Below are positions 1-10,867 of a stretch of 64,000 nucleotides of DNA, piece by piece; the first letter of the stretch is position 1, and each line of letters begins with the position of its first letter. The stretch comes from an uncultured Nitrososphaerota archaeon. Its GTDB lineage: Archaea > Thermoproteota > Nitrososphaeria > Conexivisphaerales > DTJL01. The notes under the pieces are model-generated. The model was not told the origin of the DNA. It saw only the letters and a list, made by a program, of their open reading frames with translations, and made no database searches. The stretch spans positions 416,001 to 480,000 of the forward strand of contig CAWJIE010000003.1 in the NCBI GenBank assembly GCA_963842885.1, read 5' to 3'. A program made the translations under genes and the position numbers.

Positions 1-1
1 G

Positions 2-478
2 GCAAAGGGCCTTGGCGAGGTCACCGCGTTCTTCATGTGGGGGCCGCTGGTCCCACTTGGAGCCTACCTGGTGCAGACGCGCATGTTCTCTTCATCGCCC
101 GTGATAGCGGCCATCCCAATAGGGATCCTCGTGGCGCTGGTCCTGCTCGCCAACAACATCAGAGACACCGACTATGATGGCTCAATGGGCGTCAAGACCA
201 TCGCGGTGCGAATGGGGAGAAAGGCCGTCACACTCTACGGAGCCCTCCTCTTCATCACCTACCTCTGCGTCCCCCTCTTCATAATTGCCAGAATCCTTCC
301 GCTGTGGTCTGTCGTGACGTTCATCACCCTTCCTAGCGCCTGGGGCCTCTGGAAGATGTTCGCAGGGAAAGTCCCCGACAACGCCGACCCGAGGACTGCC
401 GCGGTCGCGTTCCAGTTCGCCGTCCTATACATGGTGTCGTTCATATTGCAAATCGTGTTACCTCTCCACGTCTTCTGA
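2..478 (+). CDS. UbiA/MenA-family prenyltransferase, 5'-truncated by the window edge
   Basis: Frame is open from base 2 (AKGLGEVTAFFMWGP); ANNIRDTDYD..GVKTIAVRMG motif; hydrophobic helices. Confidence 0.85.
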   Translation, partial: AKGLGEVTAFFMWGPLVPLGAYLVQTRMFSSSPVIAAIPIGILVALVLLANNIRDTDYDGSMGVKTIAVRMGRKAVTLYGALLFITYLCVPLFIIARILPLWSVVTFITLPSAWGLWKMFAGKVPDNADPRTAAVAFQFAVLYMVSFILQIVLPLHVF

Positions 479-574
479 TGGCGATTGCGACTCCTTCTCC
501 TATTGTTGACAGAAACGCAGGTCAGAATCGTGCGTGAAACGACGACATTTCGTCGTACAACTATTAATGACTAA

Positions 575-589
575 TATTTAGGCTAAATA
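575..589. promoter_or_regulatory. Perfect palindrome TATTTAG-G-CTAAATA, candidate operator
   Basis: 7-1-7 inverted repeat in an AT-rich intergenic patch upstream of ORF 680. Confidence 0.35.
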
Positions 590-679
590 CTTTACACACA
601 TAAGCATTATACGCTGTATGAGCCTGACCACGTCCGGACGGCACGGCCGCAGCGACCACCCCGTCCAAGTGATAAAGAA

Positions 680-979
680 GTGACGCAAATGATAGTAGCC
701 GAAGAAGAGACAGAGGAGTTCTGGGTGCGGGATCTCATGGAGCAGATTGCATATAGGGTGCCTGTGGGCTACGAAGCCCACGGCGTCGCGGAACGCGACA
801 ACGAAGGCGTGGTGCAGTTCGCCTACACCGTCGTGCGGAACTGGGATGGCGAGGACCTCCCTCTGACCTACGGCTTGAAGGAGTTCATGATCGGCCAGGT
901 GGACACCATCCTCAACGAGTGCTTCGAGCAGACGCCCTGGATTCAGGGAATCATCTACTCCGGAACACTTGTAGACTAA
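680..979 (+). CDS. Hypothetical acidic protein
   Basis: 99-aa ORF with gene-like codon usage; no recognisable motif. Confidence 0.6.
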   Translation: MTQMIVAEEETEEFWVRDLMEQIAYRVPVGYEAHGVAERDNEGVVQFAYTVVRNWDGEDLPLTYGLKEFMIGQVDTILNECFEQTPWIQGIIYSGTLVD

Positions 980-1012
980 CCGGCTTGGCGTTGCGCTAGA
1001 TGGGGTCCAGCC

Positions 1013-1312
1013 TTAGTCCCTGCTTCTGTTCTTCATGATGTAGTACACAAGGAACAGTTCAACGACGACGTTCCCTACGACAAAGAGGAAGTAAGAGCGC
1101 ATATCGACCGTTGCGATGTAGAAGAGCAAGAGGGCCATGAGGACCCAGACGAAGGTGAAGTTCGCAAGGATGGTCCTGACGCCGGTGCGTACCTGCTCGC
1201 CAGCCGCTGGTCGCTTCCTTCTGCTATACAGGAATAGACTCACCACCAAGATGAAGACGATGCTGAAGCTGATGGTGATTACATAGTAGTCGAAGAGGCC
1301 CAAGGCGGTCAA
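1013..1312 (-). CDS. Small membrane protein (about 3 TM), co-oriented with mgtA
   Basis: Hydrophobic segments; starts 14 bp after the ATPase stop. Confidence 0.75.
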   Translation of the reverse strand: MTALGLFDYYVITISFSIVFILVVSLFLYSRRKRPAAGEQVRTGVRTILANFTFVWVLMALLLFYIATVDMRSYFLFVVGNVVVELFLVYYIMKNRSRD

Positions 1313-1326
1313 CTATTCTCCCTCCA

Positions 1327-3907
1327 TCAGAATCCACACACCTTGTAGAAGAAGACCTTCCCAGCGTCCACCAAAAGAAGGTATGTGGCAACCATCAGGA
1401 CCAGTAGCACCCAGTAGTTCGGAGGGAGGGCCGTGAAGCCCAAGAACGAGCCCAAGAAGGTGAAGGGAAGGATGGTGCCGAAGGCCACCGCCGAAATCGT
1501 GAGTATGGCGAGCCACTTCCCAGGCTTGCTGCGCACGAAGGGGATACGCCTAGTCCTAATCACGAATATCACGAGGACCTCCGTCCAGAACGATTCGACG
1601 AACCAGCCGCTCTGAAAGAGGGAAGCCTTCGCCGGCGTCATGGCGTTGAAGACAAATAGCATGATGCCGAAGGTCAGGAAGTCGTAGAGCGAGCTGAAAG
1701 GCCCGAAGAAGAGCGTGAACTTCCTGACGAAGCCTATGTCCCAATGCCTTGGCCACCGGGTATCTTCATCGTCCACGATATCGGAAGGCAGAGTCAGGTT
1801 GGAGATGTCGTAGAGGAGGTTCATGAAGAGGATCTGCATGGGGAGCATGGGCAGGAAGGGGAGGAAGATAGAGGCGGCCGCCGCGCTGAACATGTTGCCG
1901 AAGTTAGAGGACGTGCCCATGAGGACGTACTTTATCGTGTTACCGAAGGTCTTCCTTCCTTCGTCGATTCCCTCGGGCTAGAACCATGAGGTCCTTCTCG
2001 AGGAGCACGATTTCGGCCGCGTCCTTGGACACGTCAACGGCGGAGTCCACAGAGATGCTGGCGTCGGCTTCGTAGAGGGCGGGGGCATCGTTGACGCCGT
2101 CTCCCATGTAGCCCACCACGTGGTGGTTCTCCTTGAGGGCCTTGATGACCTCTAGCTTCTGCTCCGGGGTGACCCTCGCAAATATGTCGGCCTCTTCGAC
2201 AGCGGCCTTGAAGTCACTCCAACTCAAGTGTGTGAGCTCCGGGCCGTCCACGACCCTCCTGACGGGGAGGTTCAGGTCCTGGCAGATCTTGCGTGCCACG
2301 AGGGCGTTGTCGCCGGTAAGGATCTTCGTATCCACGCCGAGCTCCTTGAGCCTCTTGATGGCGGCCGGGGCGTCAGGCTTAGGAGGGTCGGTGAAGACGA
2401 GGAAACCGAGCAACGTGAGGGCCACTTCGTCTCTGACGGAGTACGTTTCCTTCTCTTCCACCTTCCGATATGCTACGGCAAGGAGGCGGTAGCCGGACTC
2501 GGAGTACTCTTCGAACCTCTTGTTGGCTGCGGCGATTACGTCGTCGTTGATGGGGAGGCTCGTGCCGCCGGAGTCGTAGTAGCCGCACTGGGGGATGACG
2601 GACTCGGGGGCGCCCTTCGTGACGAGGGTGATGTTGTGGTCGTCCTTCACAACGGTGGAGACCATGCGCCGCTGATAGTCGAAGGGGATTTCGTCCACCT
2701 TCGTGTAGGGCTTGGTGACGTCGCCCATGCCTCTGGCGATTGCGAACTCCCAGACGGCCACGTCCATGGGGTTCCCCGTGATTTTCTCTCCCAGCAGAGC
2801 CGGGCTGCTCAGGAGGGCATAAAGGAGGGTCCTAGGGTCGCTTTCCGCGTCCAGCGAGAAGTAGTTCCTGAGCACGATCTTCCCTTCGGTGAGCGTGCCG
2901 GTCTTGTCCGTGCAGAGCACGTCCATGTTGCCGAAGTCCTCCATGGAGACCAACCGCTTCACGATGACCCGCTTCTTGGCCATTTTGTGGGCCCCGTTGG
3001 AAAGGCATATGGTGACGATGACCGGCATCAGCTCGGGGACGAGGCCGATGGCGACGGCGAGCGCGAAGAGGAGAGACTCGAGCAGAGGATGGTTCAGGGC
3101 GGCGTTGAGGACGAAGATGGAGACGGCGAGGGCCAACGTCAGGCCGATGAGCAGGTTGCCGTACTGCTTGACACCCCTCTGGAACTCTGTCTGGGGATGG
3201 GGCCTGGCCAAGCTCTTCGAAATGTAGCCGAATTCGGTTTCCTTTCCCGTACTGGTGACGACGCCTTTGGCGCTCCCGTGCACGATGACCGTACCCGTGA
3301 AGAGGTAATTGGCCGCGCTGTGGGCGGTCGGATGGTCGACGGTGATACCCTGGGACGTCTTGCTTACTGGGAAGGACTCCCCTGTCAAGGTTGCTTCGTC
3401 GGCTTCAAGCTCCTTGACCTCCACGATGCGCATGTCCGCAGGGACGATATCACCTGTGTACACGGAAACGACGTCGCCAGGGACGAGCAGGCGGGATTCG
3501 ATTTCGCTCACCTTCCCGTCCCTCGTCACCACGGCTTTGATGGAGACCTTCCTCTGTAAGTCATCGACCAGCTTCCCTGCCTTGTATTCGTTGTAGAATC
3601 CCAGCACGACGCTCAGGCCGATTATGATCAGGATTGTTATCGCCTGTTCAGGGGAACCGACGAAAAACGACACGACGGTCGCGACCAAGAGAATCATGAA
3701 GAGAGGGTTGCCGAACTGCCGCGCAAGAATCCGTAGGGCACTGAAGCCTTGACGGGGGAGCTCGTTGTACCCGGCTGTTTCAAGCCTAGCGGACGCTTCC
3801 CCTTGGGTGAGGCCGTCCTTGCTGGTCTTCAGCGCTTCATAGACTTCGTTCGGCTGGAGAGACCAGTAGTCGGTGCGGGTGACCAGCACCTCCTTTGTGG
3901 ACTTCAT
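1327..3907 (-). CDS. mgtA: Magnesium-translocating P-type ATPase (one frameshift near 1975, probable sequencing error)
   Basis: LTGES, PELMP, DKTGTLT, KGAPE and MGDGVNDAP motifs; removing one base restores EGRKTFGNTIKYVLMGTSSNFGNMFS. Confidence 0.9.
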
Positions 3908-3985
3908 CAGAACGCCAGACCGTTATCCCTGCCAAAGCGGAGGGGTGTATACGCCTTTCGGTAAGGGTGCGGACTAATGCTTCGA

Positions 3986-4757
3986 CTACAGAGGTTCCTT
4001 GTGCACCTCTATCATGGCGACCTCGGGGACGGCCGCCCTGACGCCGGCCTCGAACCGGCTGATTATGTCGTCGGCCTCCTTTATGCTGATGTCTGGGTTG
4101 AACCGGCACTTCATCACTACGTAGAGCTTCTCGCCGGCCCTGCGTATCTCGGGCTTGCTCATCTCCTTAATCTCAGGGAAACGTTTCTTCACGTGCTCGA
4201 TGTACCACCTTATCTCGGTGCCGGCCCCTGACCTTTCGCTCTCGACAAGGTCTTCCACGGACTCCTCGTGGATGAGGACCTCTATGATGCTGGGATCGGC
4301 CTCCTTCAGCTTCTTTTCGATCTGCTCAGAGACCTTGCTGGCCTGCCTCAGGGTGAGGTTGGCGCTCACCTCTAGGTGGAAGTCTATGCCCAGCTTCCCG
4401 TTGACCTTGTGGATGTGGATGTTGTGGGCACCTCGCGAACCGGGGACGGTCTCGGCGATCTCCTTGACAAGCTTCCATATGTGGTCCCTGTCACTCCCGG
4501 CGGGCTCCGTGCGGATGAGAGACACGGGAGTTCGGCAGGATGCCCTTCACCTCGTTCTCTATCTTCAGGGCGACCTTGTGGGTTTCCTCGTAGGTGGACT
4601 TGGAATCCAACCAGACGACCACCACCACGACGGGCTTCTTGCCTGTCAGGTCGACCCTCACCCGCCTGACGCTCAGGACGTTCCCTATGTATCGGACCTT
4701 CCTCTCGATCATCCGGGAGAGCTCGGACTGGGAACGTTCGAAGAAGGGGATAGGCAT
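3986..4757 (-). CDS. Soluble protein of three tandem cation-diffusion-facilitator C-terminal (ZT_dimer-like) domains (frameshift near 4520)
   Basis: Three repeats of about 75 aa ending LIRTEP / LIHEES / EVHKEP; no TM segment. Confidence 0.7.
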
Positions 4758-4834
4758 TATCTGGACGATACTTGACTTTCCATCTTAGATAAACCTTGAC
4801 GGCGAAGAACGACGGCGCTGATGGTCGCGCCAGC

Positions 4835-5625
4835 TCACGTGCACAGCTCGCCAGCGAGGACGGTGACGGCCCTCCCTCCCAGGAAGACGCGGCGGCCTCT
4901 GACCTTCACCGACACGACCCCTCCTCTTGACGAGGCTTGATAGCCCACCATCTCCGTCTTGCCAAGACGTCGTCCCCAGAAGATGGCAAGGCAGCAGTGC
5001 GATGAGCCGGTCACCGGGTCCTCGTTGACTCCGACGGCCGGGGCGAAGAAACGCGAGATGAAGTCGTATTCCTTCGACTTGGACCGGCATGTTACGATCG
5101 TCCCCCTAGTGTCCGCCTTGGCGAGAGCCCGAAGTCAGGCTCCATCCCGCGGAGCTCCTCCTCACTTCCGACCTCGACGAGGTAATCGTCCAGGCTTCGG
5201 CCGAAGGACTTCGCCCTGACCCCCAGCGCCTCGAGCAGCCCCTCCGGCGGTTTAGACGGCGCGGCCTTCCTGGCCGGGAAGTCGAGCTCGATGAGCCCGC
5301 CGTTCCGACGCGCAGTCAGTTTCCCGCTCTTCGTATGGAACACAATGTCCTCCGCCTCCGGGACCACACCTGCCTCCCAAAGCACGTGCGCGCTGGCGAG
5401 AGTAGCATGCCCGCATAGGCTGACTTCCACTTTAGGCGTAAACCACCGCAGCCTGAACCCGCCCTCCTCCGGGCAGAGGAAAGCCGTCTCGGAGAGGTTC
5501 ATTTCGGTCCCGACGCTCTGCATCCACCTTTCCTCGGCGGGGCTGGGCAGCAGGCAGACGGCGGCGGGGTTCCCGGCGAACCTACGGTCGGAGAATGCAT
5601 CAACGTGGTACAGCTTGACGGACAT
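4835..5625 (-). CDS. PhzF-family isomerase (frameshift near 5120)
   Basis: VDAF..GNPAAV, NLSETAF, LRWFTP..LCGHATLA; EDPVTGS in the shifted frame. Confidence 0.88.
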
Positions 5626-5772
5626 GGCAACGAGAAGTGACACATAGGGGTAGATAACGAGTGCTTTGGGAGCGCAGGCTCGGTGGGGCTAGGAGGAGCT
5701 CAAATTTCTGAGCCTGGAAAGCCTGATGCAAGGCTTAATTACTAAGGGCTTTCGCGTACGGAGAAGGCACAC

Positions 5773-7215
5773 ATGAAGTACAAGTGGACAGTGCTCACCG
5801 TGACCTCGGTTGGGGTCCTGATGTCGGGCATCGATTCCAGGATTGTCATAGTAGGACTCCCCCAGGTCGCCGCTGCTTTGGGCGCCGACGCGGAACAGGC
5901 CATATGGTTCACCCAGTCCTACACCCTGGGGAGCACCATCGCCTTATTGCTAATTGGGCGGGTCACGGACATGTTTGGCAGGGTCAAGATCTACAACATC
6001 GGCTTTGCCGTGTTCACGCTTGGGTCGGCGTTGACGAGCCTGTCGCTCAGTCCCGAGATGGTAATTATTTTCAGGTGCTTGCAGGGCCTGGGATCGGCCA
6101 TGCTCTTCACCAACAGCGTAGCTTTGATAACGGACTCGACGCCGTCCGAGGAGTTAGGCCTTTCCCTGGGCGTCAACCAGCTCTCCTTCAGGTTCGGGGC
6201 GATGGCCGGGCTGACGCTCAGCGGTATCATCCTGGCCGTCCTAGACTGGAGGGCCCTCTTCTACATCAACGTCCCTATAGGCATATTCGGGACTGTATGG
6301 GCCCACAGACGGCTGAGGGAGACGGCGCAGATGGATAGGGGGGTGCCAATCGACTGGATAGGTTTCGCCACCTTCACCATCTCCATCTCAAGCTTCCTCT
6401 TCGCTCTCACATTTGCGGCCTATGGGTTCTCAGAGGACAAGTTCGTCTTCCTGCTGAGCATCATATCCGCCGCGACCTTCCTGACTTTCGTCTACCAAGA
6501 GAGGAGGACGCCGCATCCTCTACTGGACCTCGGGCTTCTCAAGATTCGAGAGTTCACCGGCGGCGTCCTGGCGCAGCTGCTCAACGCCATCGCCTGGGGG
6601 GCCGTCATCCTCCTCCTGAGCTTATATTTCCAGCTGGTGCAGGGCATGAGCCCGTTCGACGCAGGTATCAGAATACTCCCCTTCGAGCTCCTCTTCCTGC
6701 TCTTCGGCCCTTTGAGTGGGAGATATTCAGACAGGTACGGTCCGCTGCCGTTCGCGACGACGGGCCTGGCCGTCACCAGCGTCTCCCTGCTACTCCTTTC
6801 TACCACGACGCCCTCCACCCCATATATTGACCTCGTCGTTTACATGGGACTGATGGGCGCTGGCACCGGCCTCTTCTCCTCGCCCAACATGAGCTCCATC
6901 ATGGGCTCCGTGCCCCCCAACAGAAGGGGCATCGCCTCCGCCTTCCGCGCCACCTTCTTTAACTTGGGTTTCACCATCTCGCTGAACGTGGCTATCCTGA
7001 TCATGGCCTCCATCATCCCGTACTCCGTCGTGTCTTCCATCATCTCTTCGATAAACCCCGCCGGGATATCGGTCCTCGACAGGAATCTGTTTTCAGCCGC
7101 CCTCGACCGTGCATACCTCTGGATGGCGGGCGTGAACACCGTAGCGATCCTTCCATCGCTTATGAGAGGGAAGAGGGTCGGCCGAAACACGGCCTCCTCC
7201 CCAGCGCACGAATGA
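5773..7215 (+). CDS. MFS transporter, DHA2-like (about 14 TM)
   Basis: GRVTDMFGR motif A, WRALFYINVPIG, PLLDL. Confidence 0.9.
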   Translation: MKYKWTVLTVTSVGVLMSGIDSRIVIVGLPQVAAALGADAEQAIWFTQSYTLGSTIALLLIGRVTDMFGRVKIYNIGFAVFTLGSALTSLSLSPEMVIIFRCLQGLGSAMLFTNSVALITDSTPSEELGLSLGVNQLSFRFGAMAGLTLSGIILAVLDWRALFYINVPIGIFGTVWAHRRLRETAQMDRGVPIDWIGFATFTISISSFLFALTFAAYGFSEDKFVFLLSIISAATFLTFVYQERRTPHPLLDLGLLKIREFTGGVLAQLLNAIAWGAVILLLSLYFQLVQGMSPFDAGIRILPFELLFLLFGPLSGRYSDRYGPLPFATTGLAVTSVSLLLLSTTTPSTPYIDLVVYMGLMGAGTGLFSSPNMSSIMGSVPPNRRGIASAFRATFFNLGFTISLNVAILIMASIIPYSVVSSIISSINPAGISVLDRNLFSAALDRAYLWMAGVNTVAILPSLMRGKRVGRNTASSPAHE

Positions 7216-7217
7216 GC

Positions 7218-7775
7218 TCAGTCGGTCTCGTCGGCTAGGGCCTTGAGCTCATCGCCGAAGCCCCATTCCTCCGCCAGGGCATCACATTCTTCCTCCCTCG
7301 TGGCGGAATCGTCCGGTGCGACGTTGTCGTTGAGCCAAGCATGGGCCAGCTCATGGGCGACCACGGCCACCCTTGACATCTCCGACAGCTGCAGCATCAT
7401 GTCCAGATAGAGCTCGATCTTCTGCACAACGACTTCATCCGTCCTGGTCTTCCCGAGCCCGAATCGGACGGTCCTTTCATATGTGATCCTTCTTGTGGGA
7501 CCCGCCAGGGAACCGCCCTCGGAAGTCTTCTTTGAAGTGATTAAGCGGAGTGTAGGGACATCCGAGGCCTCAGGAGGAAGCCTAGTCAGGGCCTCGTCCA
7601 CTGCCAGGCGAACCGCTGCGCCCCGGACATCCACTCTGACGCCGCTGAGGAGCTCCTCCTTTCGTACGGCAGACCCTCCACGATTCAACTTCACGGCGCT
7701 TTCGGGGACATGGGACTGAGCTACCCTTTTCAGCCATGCTGTCAAAACCCATGCCCGCCACCCCCTCATCACCAT
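7218..7775 (-). CDS. Zincin-like HExxH protein (start uncertain)
   Basis: VVAHELAHAW followed by EEECDALAEEWG. Confidence 0.6.
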   Translation of the reverse strand: MVMRGWRAWVLTAWLKRVAQSHVPESAVKLNRGGSAVRKEELLSGVRVDVRGAAVRLAVDEALTRLPPEASDVPTLRLITSKKTSEGGSLAGPTRRITYERTVRFGLGKTRTDEVVVQKIELYLDMMLQLSEMSRVAVVAHELAHAWLNDNVAPDDSATREEECDALAEEWGFGDELKALADETD

Positions 7776-7950
7776 TCATGAGTATTCGGCATATGATGAA
7801 AGGCGGCTCGTCTTATATCGGGCAGCCCTCCTCTATCGAATTGGCGAATAATTCCTTGCTAATAGGGCGTCGGGAGACAAGAGCTCGGTCCAGGGGGTCG
7901 TCCGCTCCTTGGCCTTGCCTCCCAGAAGATTGCTCCGGAGGTGACGCCGA

Positions 7951-8247
7951 ATGAGCCTCAGGTTGCTCAAACCCTGGGAGAGGCGACTGTGGGCAGAGAT
8001 GGAGCATCAAGGAAAGGGGGCCGCCCAAGACTCTACGTCTGAATGGTGCTCGTTGTCCCCGCTTCAGCTGAGGGAGGAAATCGATAGGCTCAAGACGAAC
8101 TTTCACGCGAATTGGAAGCAGATAGCGTACCTCGAAGGCCACCTGCAAATCGCGGACGAACGGTTCCGCGACAGACGGCACTTCGGGGCCAGCTTTAGAG
8201 GGTACCTCGAAGCTGCAAGGACGAAGTCATTGAAAGAGTGGCTCTAG
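7951..8247 (+). CDS. Hypothetical helical protein
   Basis: 98-aa ORF with a coiled-coil-like centre. Confidence 0.5.
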   Translation: MSLRLLKPWERRLWAEMEHQGKGAAQDSTSEWCSLSPLQLREEIDRLKTNFHANWKQIAYLEGHLQIADERFRDRRHFGASFRGYLEAARTKSLKEWL

Positions 8248-8317
8248 GGAAAGGTTGGGGGTAGGAGCGGCACGGAAGGGCACTCCTTTTATCCCCAATA
8301 AACTCAGACAATATGCC

Positions 8318-8728
8318 ATGCGCCGAGGCTTGTTTGTGTCTCTGGGCACGAGTTCGGACGTGGGGGACTTCCTGGAGAAGACCGTGGCCCAGAACCTCCG
8401 GAACAGGGGGTTCACGTTGAAGACGAACAGGCGCGGGTGCGACGTAGTGGGCGAGCGCGACGGAAAGAAGGTGATAATAGAATGCAAGATGAACGTCCGC
8501 CGAAGCAACTGGTTTCAGGTCCTCAACCAGGTTCGCAGGTACAGGGAGGAGCTGAAGCCAGATGTGACCGTCCTCCTGGTGGGCAACATGCGCGTGTTCG
8601 GCCCCCTGTGGGACGCCTGCTCTCGAGAGGGCATACGCCTCCTTCCCTGCTGGTCCATCTATGACGAAGCGTTTCCATTCGTGACCTTCGACAGTGCGAA
8701 AGGGAAGCTTGAAAGGGCGGAGTCCTAG
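8318..8728 (+). CDS. PD-(D/E)XK restriction-endonuclease-fold protein
   Basis: LEKTVA..GCDVVGERDGKKVIIECK..QVRRY. Confidence 0.7.
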   Translation: MRRGLFVSLGTSSDVGDFLEKTVAQNLRNRGFTLKTNRRGCDVVGERDGKKVIIECKMNVRRSNWFQVLNQVRRYREELKPDVTVLLVGNMRVFGPLWDACSREGIRLLPCWSIYDEAFPFVTFDSAKGKLERAES

Positions 8729-8773
8729 GCTGGAGCCTTCAATCAGAGGAATATCAAATGAGGTGGTTGTGGC

Positions 8774-9637
8774 TTACTGCTTCGGGGCTTCCTTCGCGAG
8801 CTCCATGAGCTTGAAGGCGTCCAGCTCCGCGTTCTTCAGGATGGCGGCGGCTGTGTCCTTGGTGACGTAGTTCGCCTTTGCTGCTACGGCCAGCGCCTTC
8901 GCCATGGAATCCACCAGTATGATAGTAAGGACCTCCTTGGCCGGGTATTTGGCTTCAAAGGCGACGTTGAACGCCTGCCTGGCGGAGAGGCCAATGTCGC
9001 TGACGAAGGCGTCGATGTTCAGCCTGACGTCCTTCTCGGCAATCAGGAGGCCGTTCCAGTACACCATGGTGAGCGCCATTCCAGCCTTGATGGGCTTCAT
9101 GTTCAGCTTCGACATGAGAGAGGCCAGCTTGGGGTTGATGACTTCCCCTGAGTTGGCCACGACGGTGTCCTTGGTGATCCAGATGCTCCCGGACTCGATC
9201 TTGGTAATGACCTTGGCGTCCTTGAATTCGCTCAGCACTGGGCCGGGCGGGATGCCGGTGTTGCCTGCGGGGATGAGTATCTCCTCAGTGGCGATGTCTC
9301 CTGCCTTGGCGGGGAGGTAGATCTTGCCCCTCTCGAGGAGGAGGTTGAGCTTGAAGGGGTTCATGTTGGTGAAGAGGAAGAGGTTCTGGCCCGTGAGAGA
9401 AGTGTTCAGGGACTTCAGGTTCTTCTTCTTGACCGTGTCGAGTGCCTTGGTGGCGATGCGGTTCTTCGCGACCGCCAAGACCAGCTCTCCCCTGAACTTG
9501 CGCCTCAGCTCCATTATCTGCGTGGAGCGGACCTTGTTAAGGCTGGCCAGAGCGACGACGTCGTACTTCGCCGCCAGCTCCTTAATCCTATTGAACTGCT
9601 TGACCTTGCTCTCGGGGAACTGCTTGGCTGTTGACAA
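8774..9637 (-). CDS. rpl10: 50S ribosomal protein uL10 (P0)
   Basis: VAKNR, PAGNTGIPPGP, KIESGSIWI; TTG start. Confidence 0.95.
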   Translation of the reverse strand: MSTAKQFPESKVKQFNRIKELAAKYDVVALASLNKVRSTQIMELRRKFRGELVLAVAKNRIATKALDTVKKKNLKSLNTSLTGQNLFLFTNMNPFKLNLLLERGKIYLPAKAGDIATEEILIPAGNTGIPPGPVLSEFKDAKVITKIESGSIWITKDTVVANSGEVINPKLASLMSKLNMKPIKAGMALTMVYWNGLLIAEKDVRLNIDAFVSDIGLSARQAFNVAFEAKYPAKEVLTIILVDSMAKALAVAAKANYVTKDTAAAILKNAELDAFKLMELAKEAPKQ

Positions 9638-9642
9638 CCGAG

Positions 9643-10294
9643 TCAGGCTCCTGTGCCCTTGGCGATGCCGCCCATGGCGAGCTTCACACCGTACTTCTTG
9701 ACGCTCTTGATGCCGCCGGGAAGCTTCTTCTCAAGGCTCTCGAGGACGGCCAGGGCATTGGCTGCCAGCTTGTCGGTCTCCATGTCTTCAGTACCTATCT
9801 TGCATGAAACTGCGCTGTGGGCCCTCGTCCTAACGCGGACGCTGCTCCTCAGCCTTTCTATCATGGCCTCCAACGGAGAGTTCACCGTGATGGGGAGGGG
9901 CATCTTCCCTCTGGGACCCAGGATAAGGGCCGAGGGACTTGCCGACCTTGGGCATAAGGGAGGTATCCGCCAAGAAGAAGTCGCTGTCCCTGGCCAGCTT
10001 CTTGGCGTCCTTCTTGTTCGTCCCCAGCCTGTCCAGCTCGTCGGGGGCGACAATCTGTTCGACGTTGGCCTTCTTGGCCCTGAGGGCCAGATCGCCTGAA
10101 GCCAGGACGCAGACCGTGGCCTTCGTTGCGACCTTGTTGGGGAGGTTGACGACCTCGTTGATGTTGACGTCGGCTGCCTTTACCTTGTAAGGGTCCAGTA
10201 TCACGTAGAGCTCCACCGACTGGTTGAACTTGCGCTTGGTGGCCTTCGCCTTGGCTTCGTCTATCATCTTGATGAACGAATTCTTGTCCGCCAA
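9643..10294 (-). CDS. rpl1: 50S ribosomal protein uL1 (frameshift near 9925)
   Basis: KRKFNQSVEL, LGPRGKMP and KIGTEDM split across two frames. Confidence 0.93.
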
Positions 10295-10296
10295 TT

Positions 10297-10792
10297 CTAA
10301 CTACCCTGACCTGCCAGGGCCTGGTCCCACTTCCCCTCCTCGACTTCCTTGAGGAACAGGCGGGGGTCCTTTCCCTCGACGGTGATGCCCATGCTGACGC
10401 AGGCGCCCAGGATCTCCCTGGAGCGCCGACTTGTAGGTCGTAGCATAGGTCTTCCCGAACTTGATCTTGGCCAGCTTGAGGAGCTGATCTACGGTGAGGT
10501 TGCCAGCGAAGGTGGCCTGAGGCGTGCCCGATCCCTTGTGGATACTGGCCTCCTTCGCGATGAGAGCGGATGTTGTGGGGAGGCCCACCTCCACTTCGAA
10601 GCTCTTCTCCTCGATGTCGACGGAGACCTTCACGGGGACGCGCATCCCCGAATAATCACCCGTCAGCTCGTTGATCCTCTTGACGACCGCCACGACGTTG
10701 ACCCCAAAAGGGCCGAGGGCAGGTCCCAGCGGCGGCCCAGCGTTGGCCTCACCACCGGTAACCAAGAGGCTGATGACCTTGTTTTCACCCAA
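10297..10792 (-). CDS. rpl11: 50S ribosomal protein uL11 (frameshift near 10420)
   Basis: [16 protein letters not shown]; shifted frame gives [18 protein letters not shown]. Confidence 0.93.
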
Positions 10793-10867
10793 AGCTCAAT
10801 CCCTTCTTACCGTAAGCGCACTGACTCCCTTTACACTGGCACTTAAAAGTTATCCCCGAAGGTTCCA

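Noticed and set aside
2228-3559. Long antisense ORFs (also 23499..24527, 32454..33425, 57917..59272, 59712..60719)
   Set aside because: Shadow ORFs of GC-rich genes on the opposite strand, with no motifs of their own.
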